The notes under the pieces are model-generated. The model worked only from the letters and a program-made list of their open reading frames with translations, was not told where the DNA came from and made no database searches. This document shows, in pieces, positions 24,841 to 42,110 of a stretch of DNA of 64,000 bases. The DNA is taken from NCBI RefSeq assembly GCF_963921235.1, contig NC_086097.1, positions 66,900,001-66,964,000 of the forward strand. Reading direction: 5' to 3'. Numbering within the stretch: position 1 is the first letter of the stretch; each line of letters begins with the position of its first letter. A program made the position numbers and the translations under genes. The stretch is from Mobula hypostoma. Lineage: Eukaryota.

Positions 24841-25429
24841 ATCTCATGCAGAGTATTATTAACATATTATATAACAAAAGATATTCTTGTGTTCAGAGGG
24901 CATTAGAAGTCTCAGGAACTTCTTCTTCACTCCCTCCTACAGTATGCAAATACATTCTTCCCTAAATTTGATGAACTCAGTGGAAGTCATGTAAAGGTCC
25001 CTTGAACAAGTGTGTGGTAAATACATGGATATCAAAAAGATTTTCTTTATTTTTAAAAATTGTTTATTGGGATGGTGGGGTTAAAGTTGAAACAATTTAT
25101 ACAGTGAACATTGGAGGCCTTCAGGGTCATTTTTGATTTTGGATAAAAGGGGCTAAATGGTCAGTCTACTCCTTTATCAGATATGGAAAATGAATAAATT
25201 ACTAGTCCAGTAATTCAGAACTCCAGCTAAAAATTCATTGACATAGATTTAAATCTCATTACAGCTGTGGATGTATATTCAGCTAAATAAATGTGATAAA
25301 TTTTCTACATCAATCATGAGGACATGTGGGAGGAAACCAATCACCTGGTGACATCCACCGTGATACAGATAGAATGTGTAAAAATCCACACAAAACCACC
25401 TCAGATGTACCAGGATCGGTGGAGCTGTG

Positions 25430-25885
25430 GGAGAACAAAGCAATCTACTTGCCAAGTTCCTGTCTAACATAAGGAGGAGACTCTCAGGTTGGAAGAACAT
25501 CATCTCATGTTCCATCTTGGTAGCCTCTAAATCTGACAGCACAAAAATCTATTTCTCTAATTTCTGTCCCTCTCCCCATCTCTTTTTCCATTTCTTCCTA
25601 TTTTGGCACCTATTTCTCTTTTCCTCATCTGCCCATCATCTCCCTCTGTTATGCCTCCTCCAGCACTTTCTCCCATGATGAATTCTCCTCTCAGATTCCT
25701 TTTTCTTCAGCCCTTTACCTCTTCCACCCATCACCTCCATACTTTATCCTCCATCACTCACTCACCAACCTTCCCCTTCACCTAGCACTTGTGAGCTGTA
25801 CTCCTTTCCATAACACACACAAAATGCTCGTGGAAGTCAGCAGGCCAGGCAGCATCAATGGAAGAGTAAACAGTCAATGTTTCCG
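25430..25885 (+). mobile_element. Degraded Penelope fragment
   Basis: GIY-YIG C-terminal remnant (TLRLEEHHLMFHLGSL) plus pyrimidine-rich UTR and an inverted pLTR end. Confidence 0.65.
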
Positions 25886-25889
25886 TAAG

Positions 25890-28120
25890 CTACAGACCAT
25901 AAGACATAGGAGTAGAATTAGGCTATTCAGCTCACCAAACTGCTCCGTCATTCCATTTTGGCTGATTTATTATTCTTCTCAACCCCATTCTCATGCCTGC
26001 TGCTTGTAACTTTAGACACTATTATGAGTTAGTACTAATTAATAATCTATTAAGCTCTGTTTTAAATATACCCAATGATGACCTCCACAGCTGTCTGTGG
26101 CAATGAGTTCATCACCATCTGGCTAAAGAAATTCTTCATCACTGTTCTCAATGGATGTCCTTCTCTAGTCCTAGACTCCACTACTAAAGGAAAAATCTTC
26201 TCCACGTCCACTGTCTAGGCCTTTCAAAATTTGATGGGCTTCAATGAGATACCAACTCATTCTTCTGACTCCAGCAAGTACAGGCCCAAAGCCATCAAAT
26301 GCTCCTCATACGTTAATCCTTTCATTCCCGGGATCATTGTCATGAATGATCTTCTTCCTACTCTGGACCCTCCCCAATGCCAGCACATCCTTTCTGAGAT
26401 AGGAGACTCAATACAGCTCAAAATACTCCAAATGCAGTCTGACCAATGCCTTGCAATGCTGAGGCTTTAAATCCTTGCTCTTATACAATATATAGTTCTC
26501 TTGAAATGAATGAATGCATGCCAATATTGCATTTGCCTTCCTTACCACCAACTTAACCTGCAAATTAATCTTTAAGGAATTCTGCACATGGACTCCCAAG
26601 TCCATTTGCACCTCTGATTTCTGAATTTTCTCCCCATTTAGAAAATAGTCTATGCCTTTATTCCTTCTACCAAAGTGCATAGCCATACACTTCCCTACAC
26701 TATATTCCATCTGCCACTTCTTTGCCCATTCTTTTAATCTGTGCTTCTTAAAAACCTTGCTTCCGCAACACTATATGCCATTCCACCCATCTTCGTATCA
26801 TCTGCAAACTTGACCACAAAGCTATCAATTCCATCACCCAAATCATTGACATACAACCTGAAAAGATATGGTCCCAGCAATAACCCCTACAGAACACTAC
26901 TCGCCACCCAACCAAAAAAAAAGGCCCCATTTCCACTCTTTGCCTCCTGCCAGTCAGCCAGTCTTTTATCCATGCTAGTATCTTTTCTGTAATAACATGA
27001 GCTCTAATTTTGTTTAGCAGCCTCAGGTGCAGCACTTTGTCAAAAGCCTTTTGAAAATCCAAGTAAACAACATCCACTGACTCTCCTTTATCTAACCTGC
27101 CTGTTATTTCATCAGACAAATCTAAGGGATTTGTCAAGCAAAATATTTCCTCAAGTAAACCATGTTGGCTTCAGTCTATTTTATCATGGGTGCCTCCAAG
27201 TACCCTGAAACCTCAATTTTAATAATAGACTCCAACATCTTCCCAACCACTGAAACCAGACTAACTGGCCTGTAATATCCTTTCTTTTGCCTCCGTCCCT
27301 TCTTTGAGGGTAGAGTGACATTTGCGATTTTCTCGTACTCCAGAACCATACTAGGATCTAGTGCTTCTTGAAAGACCATTACCTCCACAATTTCTCAAAC
27401 TACCCCCTTCAGAAGCCTGCCCTGGGGCGTAGTCCTTCAGACCTTTCAGCTTCCCAAGCACCTTCTCCTTAGTAATAGCAACTACACTCATTTCTGCCCT
27501 GATACTCTTGAATTTCTGGCATATTGGTCTTCCACAATGAAGACTGACGCAATATACTGAAGTCCAACCACCATTTCTTTGTCCTTCCACCACACCCCCA
27601 ACCAATATTACCTCTCCAGCATCATTTTTCAGCAATCTAATATTCAGTCTTGCCTCTCTTTTACTCTTCATATATCCAAAAACAACTTTTGGTATCCTCT
27701 TTTATATGATTGGCTAGTTTTCCTTCATTATTTCATCCTTATTGCCGTTTTAGTTTCCTTCTGGTGGTTTTCAAAAGCTTCCCAATCCTCTAAATTCCCA
27801 CTAATTTTTTACTATATTTTATGCCTTTTTTTTTTGCTTTTATGCTGTCTTTGACTTCGCTCGACAGCCATGGTTGCCTCATCCTCCCTTTAGAATACTA
27901 CTTCTTTGGGGTGTATCTAACCTGCGCCTCCCAAATTGGTCCCAGAAATGCCAGCCATTGCGGTTCTGACACCATCCCTGGAAGTGTCCTTTTCCAGTCA
28001 ACTTTGGCCAGTACCTCTCTCATGTCTCTGTAGTTGCCTTTGCTCCATTATAATACTGATATAACTGATTTTAGCCTTTCCCTCTCAAACTGCAGGGTAA
28101 ATTCTATTGTATTATGATCC
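25890..28120 (-). mobile_element. Degraded CR1 LINE
   Basis: ORFs 26408-27671 (VDVVYLDFQKAFDKV, YRPVSLVSVVGKMLESII). Confidence 0.88.
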
Positions 28121-28371
28121 TGCCCCACCTCCTTATTTCAGCTTCTTGCCCCCCTTTTTTTCCCCAGTCCTGATGAAGGGTCTCGGCCCAAATGTTGACT
28201 GTTTATCCCTCTCCACAGATGCTGCCTAACCTGCTGAGTTCCTCCAGCATTTAGGGTGTGATATCCTACACAAAGCAACAATTATCTATTTCCTTTTATA
28301 AATATTTGCTGCGCCTCACACATGGTCATATTTATACATTTGTGTAATATTAACAGGGCAGGTTTGAATTA

Positions 28372-28560
<189 letters not shown>

Positions 28561-29094
28561 TTACAGAAAAATATTTTTGACCCTCCAAAATAAATTTGTT
28601 TGGGGCAGAGCCATTTACATTTGACCTAAATAAACAATGCAAAGTATACATGCAGTTACAAAAGGCAATAAATTCTTGAACACAAGGTTATTATTTCTAG
28701 TATGTGATACAAATCATAGAGCCCATGTTAACTCCCCTCCCCCCCGCCCGGGATGAAATGGCTGACACAAGGGGGCATAGTTTTAAGGTGCTCGGAAGTA
28801 GGTACACAGTAGGTTGTCAGGGGCAAGTTTTTTCAAACAGAGAGTGATGGGTGTGTGGAATGCACTGCCAGCGATGGTGGTGGAGGCAAATAAAATAGGT
28901 GACTCTTAGATAGGCAATGAAGCTTAGAAAATTAGAGGGCTATGCGGCAGGGTATTCTAGTCAGTTTCTAAGAGTAGGTTACACGGTCGGCACAACACTG
29001 TGGGCCGAAGGGCTTGTAATGTGCTGTAGATATCTATGTTCTATGTTTTCTTTACTTTAATACTTACTGTTACAACATGCACTTTACCTAGTTA

Positions 29095-29217
<123 letters not shown>

Positions 29218-29256
29218 TTAAGTCATTTTAGTTTCAAATCCTCCTCTTCTCCCTCA

Positions 29257-29382
<126 letters not shown>

Positions 29383-29405
29383 TTAAAGTTTTAGTATACA
29401 TATTA

Positions 29406-30050
<645 letters not shown>

Positions 30051-30199
30051 GTGCAGTGTATTTCCCATACACTGCACAATTCAGTATCGTAGTTCAGAAA
30101 AATCAAGTAAAATTAGAACGAGATTTACTCTGCCAAGTTGCTAATGTTTACCAGCAATTAGCTGGTACTTTACTTTCTCAAAATCTTAATGTCATAGAA

Positions 30200-30394
30200 C
30201 AGGGGTCCCCAACCTTTTTTGCAACGCGGACCAGTTTAATATTGACAATATTCTTGCAGACCAGCTGACCCGGGGGGGGGGTGCGCGGGTGGTGTTCAGT
30301 TCAACAGTGCGTGGCAGGGAATGAGGAAAGGTGCAGCTGACTCATGTTGCCAAAACATATCATTTCCTCGTGGCCCGGTGGTTGACGACCACTG
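30200..30394. mobile_element. hAT-Charlie MITE (empty form of the 2845 element)
   Basis: TIRs caggggtccccaacc / ggttgacgaccactg; perfect 8-bp TSD tcatagaa. Confidence 0.92.
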
Positions 30395-33300
30395 TCATAG
30401 AAGAAAGACCATCAAGTCTGCTGGTCAAAAGCGGTTCTATCTACCCTTTATTTCCCAGTTACCTATTCATCCCTCGAATTATCTTGCCACGCCTTGCAAT
30501 AGGGTAATTTACAGTTGTTAATTAAAACACTAGCACAACTTTGGAAAAAACATAACAACCAAGTGGAAACAGTGTCACGGGGACAACACACTATTTGATA
30601 CAGAAAGCACCGGAAGTCCTGATCAAAGCTGGTTCCTAGATCTACAAGATAACTGCAGTACCTATGTGTCAATGTACCATTCTCCTCCTTACACACATAC
30701 GTCCCTTAAAGTTTGTGCCATAGCTTTTCTTCAAATAATTTTTAAAAATATCAAGTAAATTTGAACAATTCTGCCATCTGAACTCTGCAATTAGATAACG
30801 CTAAGATTGCACAATTCAATTGCAGTTGATAACTTGGGAAAATCATCAAGTTTGGGACTTGCAGAGATGAGTACATTTACTGAAGGAAATAAAAGATAGA
30901 AGGCAAACTATTGATAAAGCTAATACTTGTTACTGTGAAATGCTTCTGAATTTGTGATTTTTGCAAACTTTAATTTTGCACATCAGCTTTCATCTAATGA
31001 GAAAATGACATGAAAAATGTAGAGCTTGAATATTTTGTAAGGAAATGCTACCTTGTGGCAAGACTGTGCAGATCTAAAGTGATGTTTAAGATCTGAGCAA
31101 TCTTTGGTTGCCATTAATCAAATGTGGAATTCATAAGGCAAGAATGGTGATAGATGATAGTTATAACAGAATGTAAAGAACATAAAACATAGTACAGCAG
31201 AGAAAAATAGATCCTTCAGCCCATGACGTCTGTGCTGACCAATATACCAATTTAAACTTCACAACTGCCTTTACATTCTACGCCGCATTACATCCACTCA
31301 GGTTACAGAAAACTGCCATTACAGAATTCACAAATCACTACCCAAAATTTGAGATGAATAAAATTTTTCATAGAATTTATGTTAAAAAAGTAAATAATCA
31401 ACACTTTTTCCCCCAACTTGCATTTCTTTACACATGCACAGAAAATTGCAATACAGATCATTGTCAAGAAACATAAACCCCTTCCTTTCTGCAGTGGTCA
31501 TCTGTAATTGTTGCTAATATATTAAGATCTAATACGTTTATTAATAATGAAATTTTAAAAAACAAGCTTTTCAATTGAGGCTATATTCACAGAAAAGAAA
31601 AAAAATCACTCTCAAAAAGATCTTCAAAACTAAGCATAATTGAGAACCAATCTAAAAATACAATTTGAAGTCAGACAGCAGATGGACTAACGCTAAAGCT
31701 TTTCACAAAGAATAAATTCTTACCTACTCTGCCATTCCCACAGCATTACGTCTGGAACTTAGTGCAACAGGTGCTGCCATATGTGTCACTGTCTGTACAG
31801 TGCAATGAAAGGGCCCCATTTTGCTTGGATTACCTACCCATTATTATAGGCGAGGGGGACAGAGACAGGATTCAGGACTGGAGCTTCTCCAGTAAAGGAG
31901 CAGACTGAGTTGAATCAGAGCTGTGGAGGGGTAACCCACAAGGCATCAATGCTATGTAGTACAACTGACATGTACTGTTTGAGAAATATAATATACTCCA
32001 GATTATGAATGGAGGTAGTAAGTTGGAAAAAAAAGCACATATATGGAAAAGATCTGACTTAAAGCCTTATAAGAATGTAAAGACAACAGGAGGCAACTAG
32101 AAAAACATGAATCCCATTATTGCAACAAAACTATGACAATTCTAGTTCTGACAAAGGCTCTTTGACCTGAAACATTAACAGCGTTCCTTGGCCCTCAGAT
32201 GCAGTCCAATCTGCTAAATATACTGTATATTAAAACAAATACTGGCAATATATTTTAAAATACACTAAAAATACTGCCACTCATTTGCCAAGCGCACCAT
32301 TTTATCAAAGTCCTCCTCTGGAATCCAGCGTAAACAGTTATTTGCAATGCTACCTGCTTTAGTACCTGCAAATTTAATATTGACTGCTGCAGCCCAATTT
32401 TCAAATATTTCATATATACAAGGAGTAGCAGTACCAAAACAGAAACCTCTTAGATATTTAAATACAAAAAAAATCTTCAATTATTAACATTTCCTGCTAA
32501 TTAATTTTACAACTGAAATTATATGGCTAGCTTATTTCCATAGCTATTAATTTTGTGTACGTGGTAATTTATTTAAGGCTTTCTTAATGTTTATGTACAG
32601 TACATCCACTGCAGCATTTCATCAAACAAATTCTGTATCCTCAAAGCATTCTTCACAACATGGAAATCTTTTCCAAAGGTATGTTGGCTTTTCCTTCATT
32701 TTATAGCTATGTAGTGGTTTTAATTTATTACAGGTTGAAGAAAATAATTTTCTTCATTATTCAACTCACTTGTAATTTTGTAGGTTATGGTAGTTTTTCT
32801 TTATGAAAACAGTTATTGTATGGAACACCCTCTAATCTTACAACTATCAACATAACTAATTAATAGGATTTCTTTTGCCTCTGACTTCTCCCCCACTACC
32901 CCTACCAATTAACAACCCTGACATACATGCTCTCACCCCTATACCCAAGCCACCCCACACACACATTTCATATTGATTCATCAAACTGAGCCAATTCTTG
33001 ATCCAACTCATCTCCGTCATTCTTCCTTTTATACTCTACTAATTTTATCCCAACTTTCAGAAATTCATTCTCACATTTTAGACTTATTTTTACTGATGGA
33101 TCCACTGAATGCTTACATGTCATAGTTATTTTTAGTTTAATTCATCTAGATTTTTCATTACATATTGGGTGTTGGTCTTTTATTTTTACTTTTTTTCTTT
33201 AATTGGGTTCATTTGGGTTTCTTACTTTGTGGCTACTTGGGAGCAAACAAATCTCAAGGTTGATTAATTTACATATTCTTTGATAATAAATGTATTTTGA

Positions 33301-33554
33301 AGCATTTCTGTATTTAAAACTCATACTTATTGCTCTATTTGCCTACTTCAAATTTAGTTCCTAACTTTATTGATATCACTCAAAATGTATTAACTTCCTG
33401 TAAAACTTCCTGTATTTCTCTAATAGGATATTTTAAAAATCTACAAGACAAAACAATGTTAAAATTTACAGTGGTAAATTTTGGAACACACTTAATACAA
33501 AGTTATACTGCACAATACAAAAGTGTCAATACAAACTCTTAATGCAAAGAGTTG

Positions 33555-35460
33555 TATCAGGGGTATCTTTATTGCCACCAAGGCAGTGTATGGCCTAAAC
33601 CCCCTTCTCTCCAAAAATGGACAAAGGCCTCTAAAGGACAATGATACCATCAATTCTCGATGGAAGGAACACTTTCAGGAGCTACTACTGTAGACATTGA
33701 AGTCATCAACCAGCTCCCACGACAACCTATGAATGAAGACACGAGTAAGCCTCCTAGTATCTACGAAGTGAAGGCAGCTTGCAAGAAATTGAGAAACAAG
33801 GCCACTGTACCTGATGGAATTCCAGCAGAAATCCTCAAGAAAGGTGGCACAGAACTTCTAAATTATATTCATGACCTGCTTGTCAAGATCTGGAATCAGA
33901 AGACGATTCCATCTGAATTCAAGGACACCCTGATTGTCAACACTTATCAAAAAAAGTGACAAAGCCAATTGCGAAAATTATAGAGGCATCTCCCTCCTCT
34001 CTACAACAGGAAAAGTACTCAGCCAAATTTTATGTGACTGGCTTTCACCTCTGGCAGAAGATCTCCTGCCTGAGTCTTAGTGTGGCTTTCATCCAGCCAG
34101 AGGAACATCTGATATGTTTTTTTTTAAACAGCACATTAATTGCAGAAGAAAACCTGGGAACAAAATCTCCCACTTTATATGGCCTTCATAGACCTTACAA
34201 AAGCATTTGACTAAATCGTCCTGCCCTTTGGCAGGTACTGTCCAAAACCGGATGCCTGGAGAAATACCTCAAGATCCTGCAGCTCTTGCACTCCTATCAT
34301 TGTTTAACAGTCATCAGCAACAGCAGCTCTGAAACAGCACCTTTTAAAGTTGAGACCAGGGTCAACTAGGGGTGCATCATTGCCCCAACTCTGCTTGCCA
34401 TTTCATTGCAACGATTCTTCACCTCACAGGCCAAGACCTCCCACAAGGAGTCCAGATTCTCTATAGGACAGATGGAGGGCTCTTAAAAGGTTCAAGGTAA
34501 ACAGCAAGGTGTCAACTACTTCTGTCATGGAGTTCCAATATGCAGACAACAACGCCATCACAGCTCACTCTGAGAATCTGCAGTGCATAATGGATGCCTT
34601 TGCCGGAGTATACAAGTTCCTGGGACTTGATCTAAACATCACGAAAACCCAAATCTTGCAACAACCTGCTCCAGATCAAGCTTCTAAACCTCCAACCATC
34701 CAAGTTGACAACATTCCTCTGGAGAACACTGATCATTTCTCATATCTTGGCAACTTTCTTTCTTCAAGAGCCGACATTGACCTTGAAGTAAAATGCAAAA
34801 TAGGCTGTGTGAGTGCAGCTTTTGCCAGGCTGAGAAAGAGGGTTTTTGAAGATTAGGATATCAAAGCCAACACTAAGCTTCTGGTCTATAAAGCTATAGT
34901 CCTCTCTTCCTTGCTATATGGAGTAGAGTCACAGACAACATATAACAGACACATAAACTACCTAGAAACTTCCCATCACAGATGCCTCCAAAATATTCTT
35001 AATTAGCTAGAAGAACAGGCATACTAATTCCAGCATCCTGGAGGAAGCAAACATTAACTCCATAGCCACAATCATGACTCAACACCAATTGCGACAGGTC
35101 AGCCACAGAATCCGTATGCCTGCCTCCTGCCTCCCACCTCCCTAAACAACTCCTGTTCGGCCAACTTATGGATGCAAAGCGAACTCCTAGAGGGCAGAAA
35201 AAGTGGTTCAAGGACAGTATCAAGACCCACCTGAGGAAGTGCCACATCAACCTGAATGGATAGGAGAGCTTAGCACAGGATAGGAAAAGCTGTCTATGAG
35301 GGGACTGCACAGCTCGAAGAATACCTCCACCATGCCGCTGAGACTAAGCAGCTTCAATGTAAGGAGAGACTGGGAAAAGGCCCAACCAGCTACATCCACC
35401 ACCACTTCAATGACTTACACCTGCCAACATTGGAATAGGACTTGTGAATCACGGATCGGC
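33555..35460 (+). mobile_element. Degraded RTE-clade LINE
   Basis: Motif remnants KATVPDGIPAEILKKGG, NYRGISLLSTTGKV, EFQYADNNAITAHSE, FSYLGNFLS. Confidence 0.88.
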
Positions 35461-36474
35461 ATTTTTTAATTCAGGAGGAGGGCTGGGCATGGGGATAGCA
35501 ACCCTATCCCATAAAAAAAAGTGCTACAAGAATGTCAACAGAAGTTCTAAAACCTCATCCCTGGGAGAGGAAGGATACACCAAGAAGATGGGTTACACCT
35601 GGAGACAACATGAAGGACTGGCCCAGCTCATAGAAGTCTGGTGAGCTACTGTCCGCTGTCTATGCCCCAGTAGTGGTGATTGGGCTTAAGTAAGTTCACT
35701 TTCAGACCAATTCTTGTGGAGGGCTGAAGTTGAAGGCCAAGGAACAAGGTCCGTGGCAGGGACTGAAAAGAATACCTATGGTTTGCTCACTATTTTATTG
35801 GGAGAAATTTTATTTTTCATCTTGTCCTGGATGTCAAACGTACCGCTTAACAACTTAAAGGTGGTGGGGGGGTAGAAATCAGAAAGAATGAAGTAGAGAT
35901 GCATCTAATATAGGAAGCCTGAGGTTTTTCAAATAATGTTGCCAAGAAATAGAGGGGTTAATAAAGCACTATTGGGAGACACTACATCCTCTTGTACTAG
36001 TGTACCAAGCAGTCTTTAACTGGAAAGACAAGGATAGGAAAAGCTTCATGTGATCCCATCCAGATGGACTTAGAAAAGCAATGGAGTCATCTAATCAAAT
36101 CTACAATGAACTGCAGACAGGTCAAAAAGGATTTTTTAAAAAAGTAGTCACAAATGATAAAGAATTTCACTCATGATTCATTAGCCATTTTGGTAGTATT
36201 CCAGTTGTGGAAACTCAAAAAAGTCAAAGAAATTCTTCAACATTTGGAAACAAATGACTCCACCACAAAAAATAAACTTGAGTTGAAACCTTGTCAATTC
36301 AACTTCAGTACAAAATTAGATGCAGAACCAAACTTTCCTGATATTTAAGTCAAACCCATTTAATATATGTCTATTAAACAATGTTCTGTATTAGTAAATC
36401 TGAATAGGTCTTTGTAATAAAATGCCATGCAGAAAAATTAGCACTTATTTATAAAACAGAATTCAGAGCACTTA

Positions 36475-37007
<533 letters not shown>

Positions 37008-38687
37008 TCATTGAACTTTATAATAAAACATTCTAATAAATGTGCTAAGGGTCTGTAAACCAATCATTTGTGCAGTTCTGGTTACCACATTATCACATTA
37101 TAGAAAAGATGCAGTGGCAAATAAAGAGTGCAGAAGTGATTCACCAAGATGTTGCCGGGGGGGGGGGGGGGGCGGATTCAGACATAAAGAGATTGGATAG
37201 CCTCACTTATTCTCAGTGAAATGCAGGGGGGCTGAGGGCTGACGTCATAAAAGTGCATAAAATTATGACAGCATACCAGATGTTCAGAATCTTTCTCTCT
37301 AGGGCAGGGAAGTCTGGAACTAGAGGCACAAGTTTAAGGTGAAAGGAGATAAACTGAAGGGATATTTGAGGGTAACACACATGAAGTGCTAGATGAATGC
37401 AGACCATGCAGCATCTATGGAAAAGAGTAAACTGTCGACCTTTCAGGCCAAGATCCTTCATCAAGACTCTTGTCTATAGGTGTTGCCTGGCCTGCTGAGT
37501 TCCTCCAGCATTTTGTGTGTATTATTTTTGATTTCCAGCATCTGCAGGTTTTATTTTGTTTGGGATACTTGAGGGTTAAGTTTTCACATGTAAAGGGTGG
37601 TTATCTGAAACAAACTGCCAGAGGAGGCGGTGGTAGAGGCAGATAACATTACAACGTTTAAAAGCACTTGAACAACCTCCGATCAACGTAGACAGGTCAC
37701 AGGAGCAATATTTGTGCTCTACAATTCTTTCATTCTGTATTTCCCTTCTTTCTAATCAATACAAAGTATAATCACAATAGAGCAGATCTTCTGTAGGAAC
37801 AAACACAATCCCCAAATTCACAACACCAAACACTACCAATAAAGTGAGCCTTCACACAAATCAATTACATACCAATAAGATTGAACAATTTTATTCTCCC
37901 AGTATTACAACCAACACATTTGAAAGGACAATTCCTTGATGATTTGCACATACAATAGGATTTTTACGTTGTACAGTATGGTTATCTAATGCTGCGTCGC
38001 AACCAACAAAATATTAATCAGGTTCATGTTTTTGAAGTTCTACTGAAGTAGCTAAGAAGCCAAAATAACTTGTTTTAAGTTGTTGATAAGAGATCTATTA
38101 GTTAAAGATTGGGCCAAATTGCTTGTGATCACCATGACAGCTCTCAATTTGGCTGTTGACCAGTCCCCAAAAAAGATCAAGCAAAATCACTAATTGCCCT
38201 TTTCACAGGAAGAGCTGCCAGAAAGCCTTTCTGTTTCAAGATGTCTCCAACCATCAGAAACATTTGGTAACAGGTGAAATTTACAGTACACTATAACAAC
38301 ATAGAATGTACTTAACCATTAACAAGTTAATTATGGAAAATAAACACAGTCTGATTTACCTTTTTGAAGAAGGTCTGTATAAATGCAGAACTGAGGAGCC
38401 ACATACAAAGAGCAGATACCCAAAGCACAGTTTTGATCAGAAACTGCCAAGGGCTTTGCTGATTCCATTAACAGAATGCATCATTACTCCAACTCACAGT
38501 ATTCAGTACTTGCATACTGCATTGTGCCTAAAAGTATACTGATGCAGGCACTGCAGCCATCAGCAGTGGTTGCAAAAAATCAAAACAATCTGGCCAACTT
38601 TAATTAATCATAATTACTTGTTGTTTAATTTAAATGCACTATCCCCTTAACATTATTTCCTTCAAATATCTCAATTTGTAAATCTTA

Positions 38688-39710
<1,023 letters not shown>

Positions 39711-39750
39711 AGCCAGCAAATAACGCGACCAACACCGATGTCCTGCAGAC

Positions 39751-42110
39751 CAGGGGTCCCCAACCTTTTTTCGGGGGGGGGGGGTGTTAATCACGACCAG
39801 AAAATAGGTGATAAGTCAACTGTAAGTCACTTATAAGTGGCTAATACTCAATTTCGTTTCTAAAAAGGGTTTATCTAACAAATTTAATATTAAACACACA
39901 GCACATATTTTTCTCCCATGAATCTAGTGATAAGTCAATTAAAAGTCACTTATAAGTCAATAGCATCAAAACATTTTAAGTAACACATATTTTCCTCGTA
40001 TGAACATATAAAATCATTGCAACACACCAATATCGCTAAATCAGTGGGACCCCTGGACTTGCTTCCCTGCAACAAGACGGTCCCATCGAGGGGTGAAGGG
40101 AGACAGCGATATTCGAAGGGGGTTCCTTATGTCCAGTCTATTCCACAATTTAGTTTTCGTTGCATTCATTGCAGAAAACCCCGCTTCGAAGAGATATGAT
40201 GTTGGAAATGGAAGCAACGGTTTCAGTGCTTTTGTGGCTATCTCAGGATATTCAGCCTTGACTTTGATCCAGAATGCCGGCAGAGATGTTATGTCAAACA
40301 TACTTTTCAGCCCACCGTCATTTGCAAGCTTGAGGAGTTGATCTTCTTCCTGCGCTGACATGGATGATTCACCGGGGACATTCACAAATAGGTCACGGAC
40401 CCACTCCTTTGCACATCTTAGGTCATTTGCGGTTGGGAAGTAACACTTGAATTTTGTCGACAGCGAAGTTAGGTGATCACACACCAGTTGTGAAAAGGAC
40501 GGTGCAGCTCAGTCTCTTCCAAAATCCCAGCTAATGTTGGGAACTTGTCAAATATGCCCCTGTCCACTCGCCGTCCCCACAGTTCCAGTTTGACTTTGAA
40601 AGCAGACACTTTATTTGCCAACTTGAAGACAGTTGTTATTCTCCCCTGAAGTGACAAATTGAGTTCATTAAGCAGGTTGAGGATGTCACACAGATAAGCG
40701 AGTTTTGCTATCCACTCCTCGTCACTGAAGTGTGCTGCCAGTGGTGACATTTTTCCTGAAAGAAATCTCTGTAGCTGCTCTCTTAACTCAAAAACCCTGG
40801 CCAGGGCTCTCCCCCTTGATAGCCACCACACTTCAGTGTGTAAGAGAAGGCGTTTGTGCTCTGCATCCATTTCCTCGCAAAACTGCTCAAACAGACGTGA
40901 GTTAAGGGCTTTTGCTTTGATGTGATTGATAACTTCAACAACGTCACTCAATACGCTCTTAAGATCAGGTGACATTTTCCGGCTAGCCAGCAGTTCCCTG
41001 TGTATGACACAGTGTGTAGACTGGCATTCAGGAGCAACCTCTTTGACTCGGGTAGTGAAACCAGACAGCCGTCCAGTCATAGCTGCAGCCCCGTCTATGC
41101 ATATTCCAACACAGAATGACCAGTCCAGTTTGCCTGACATGTAGTCAAAGACTTGAATATTTCTGCCCCAGTTGTGTTAGTTGGCAGCGGCAGTGCGCAC
41201 AACATATCCTCGCGCACATTGTCTTGAAATGTATATCGCACATAAACCAGCAGTATTGCCTTGTTGTCGACATCGGTAGACTCGTCGACCTGGATAGCAT
41301 ACCATGGTGACCTGTTAAGCTGTTCCAACAGCTGTGCTTCGATGTCCTCCACTATGTCCTCCATCGATTCTCCTTGAAACTGTAGTAGCTGAAAGAGAAA
41401 CCTGTGCCATCTTGTTAGCTGCAGCTTCTCCCAACAGTTCACGGCACATGTCCTTGGCAGCAGGCAGAATCAATTCACCACCAACAGTGAAAGGCTCCTT
41501 AGCCTTAGCAATACGGCTAGCCAGTAAGTACGACACTCTCAGAGCAGCAGCGTTTGTGGAGGTGGTGGCTCTCAGCACTTGCTTCTGTTCTGCTTGCTCA
41601 TGTTTTTTCCGCTCAAAAAACCCAACGGGTTTGTCTTTAAGTGCAGGGTGCTTGGACACAAGGTGCCGAAGCAGTTTTGAGGGCTTCACTGCCTCATTAG
41701 ACAGCTTGTCTCCACACATCACACACAGGGGGCTGGGAGCGTGCGAGTCACCTGTCGCAATAAAGCCATATTTTATGTATGACTCATTGTATTTTCTGTT
41801 GAAGGAAGCTTTCTTTTTTTTTTGCAGTCTCAGCCTCAGCTGTCTCTGCATTATCATCATCATTACGCCTTTTATGTCCTCTACCAACTCTTCCAAAGAA
41901 ACTCTCAAGCGACGTTTGTTTTTTTTTTACTCATCGAGTAGTTGTAGGTTATACTGACTGATGACCTCGCGTGCGTTCAAGTTCAACAGTGGGCGTGACA
42001 GGGAATGATGAAAGGTGCAGCTGACTCATATCGTTTCATATCGCCAAATCATACCGTTCCCTCGCAGCCCGGTAGCACATGCTTTGTGGCCCGGTAGTTG
42101 CGGACCACTG
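39751..42110 (-). mobile_element. hAT-Charlie (Charlie3/MER1-like) transposon with a frameshifted transposase (ATG 41934 to TGA 40041)
   Basis: TIRs; zf-BED (PLCVMCGDKLSNEAVKPSKLLRHLVSKH), AIQVDESTD, CIDGAAAM, THCVIHRE, hATC domain ending PRWDRLVAGKQVQGSH; split across 4 frames. Confidence 0.95.

Noticed and set aside
37157..37172. G16 run as a regulatory element
   Set aside because: Homopolymer inside a decayed CR1 fragment; length unreliable
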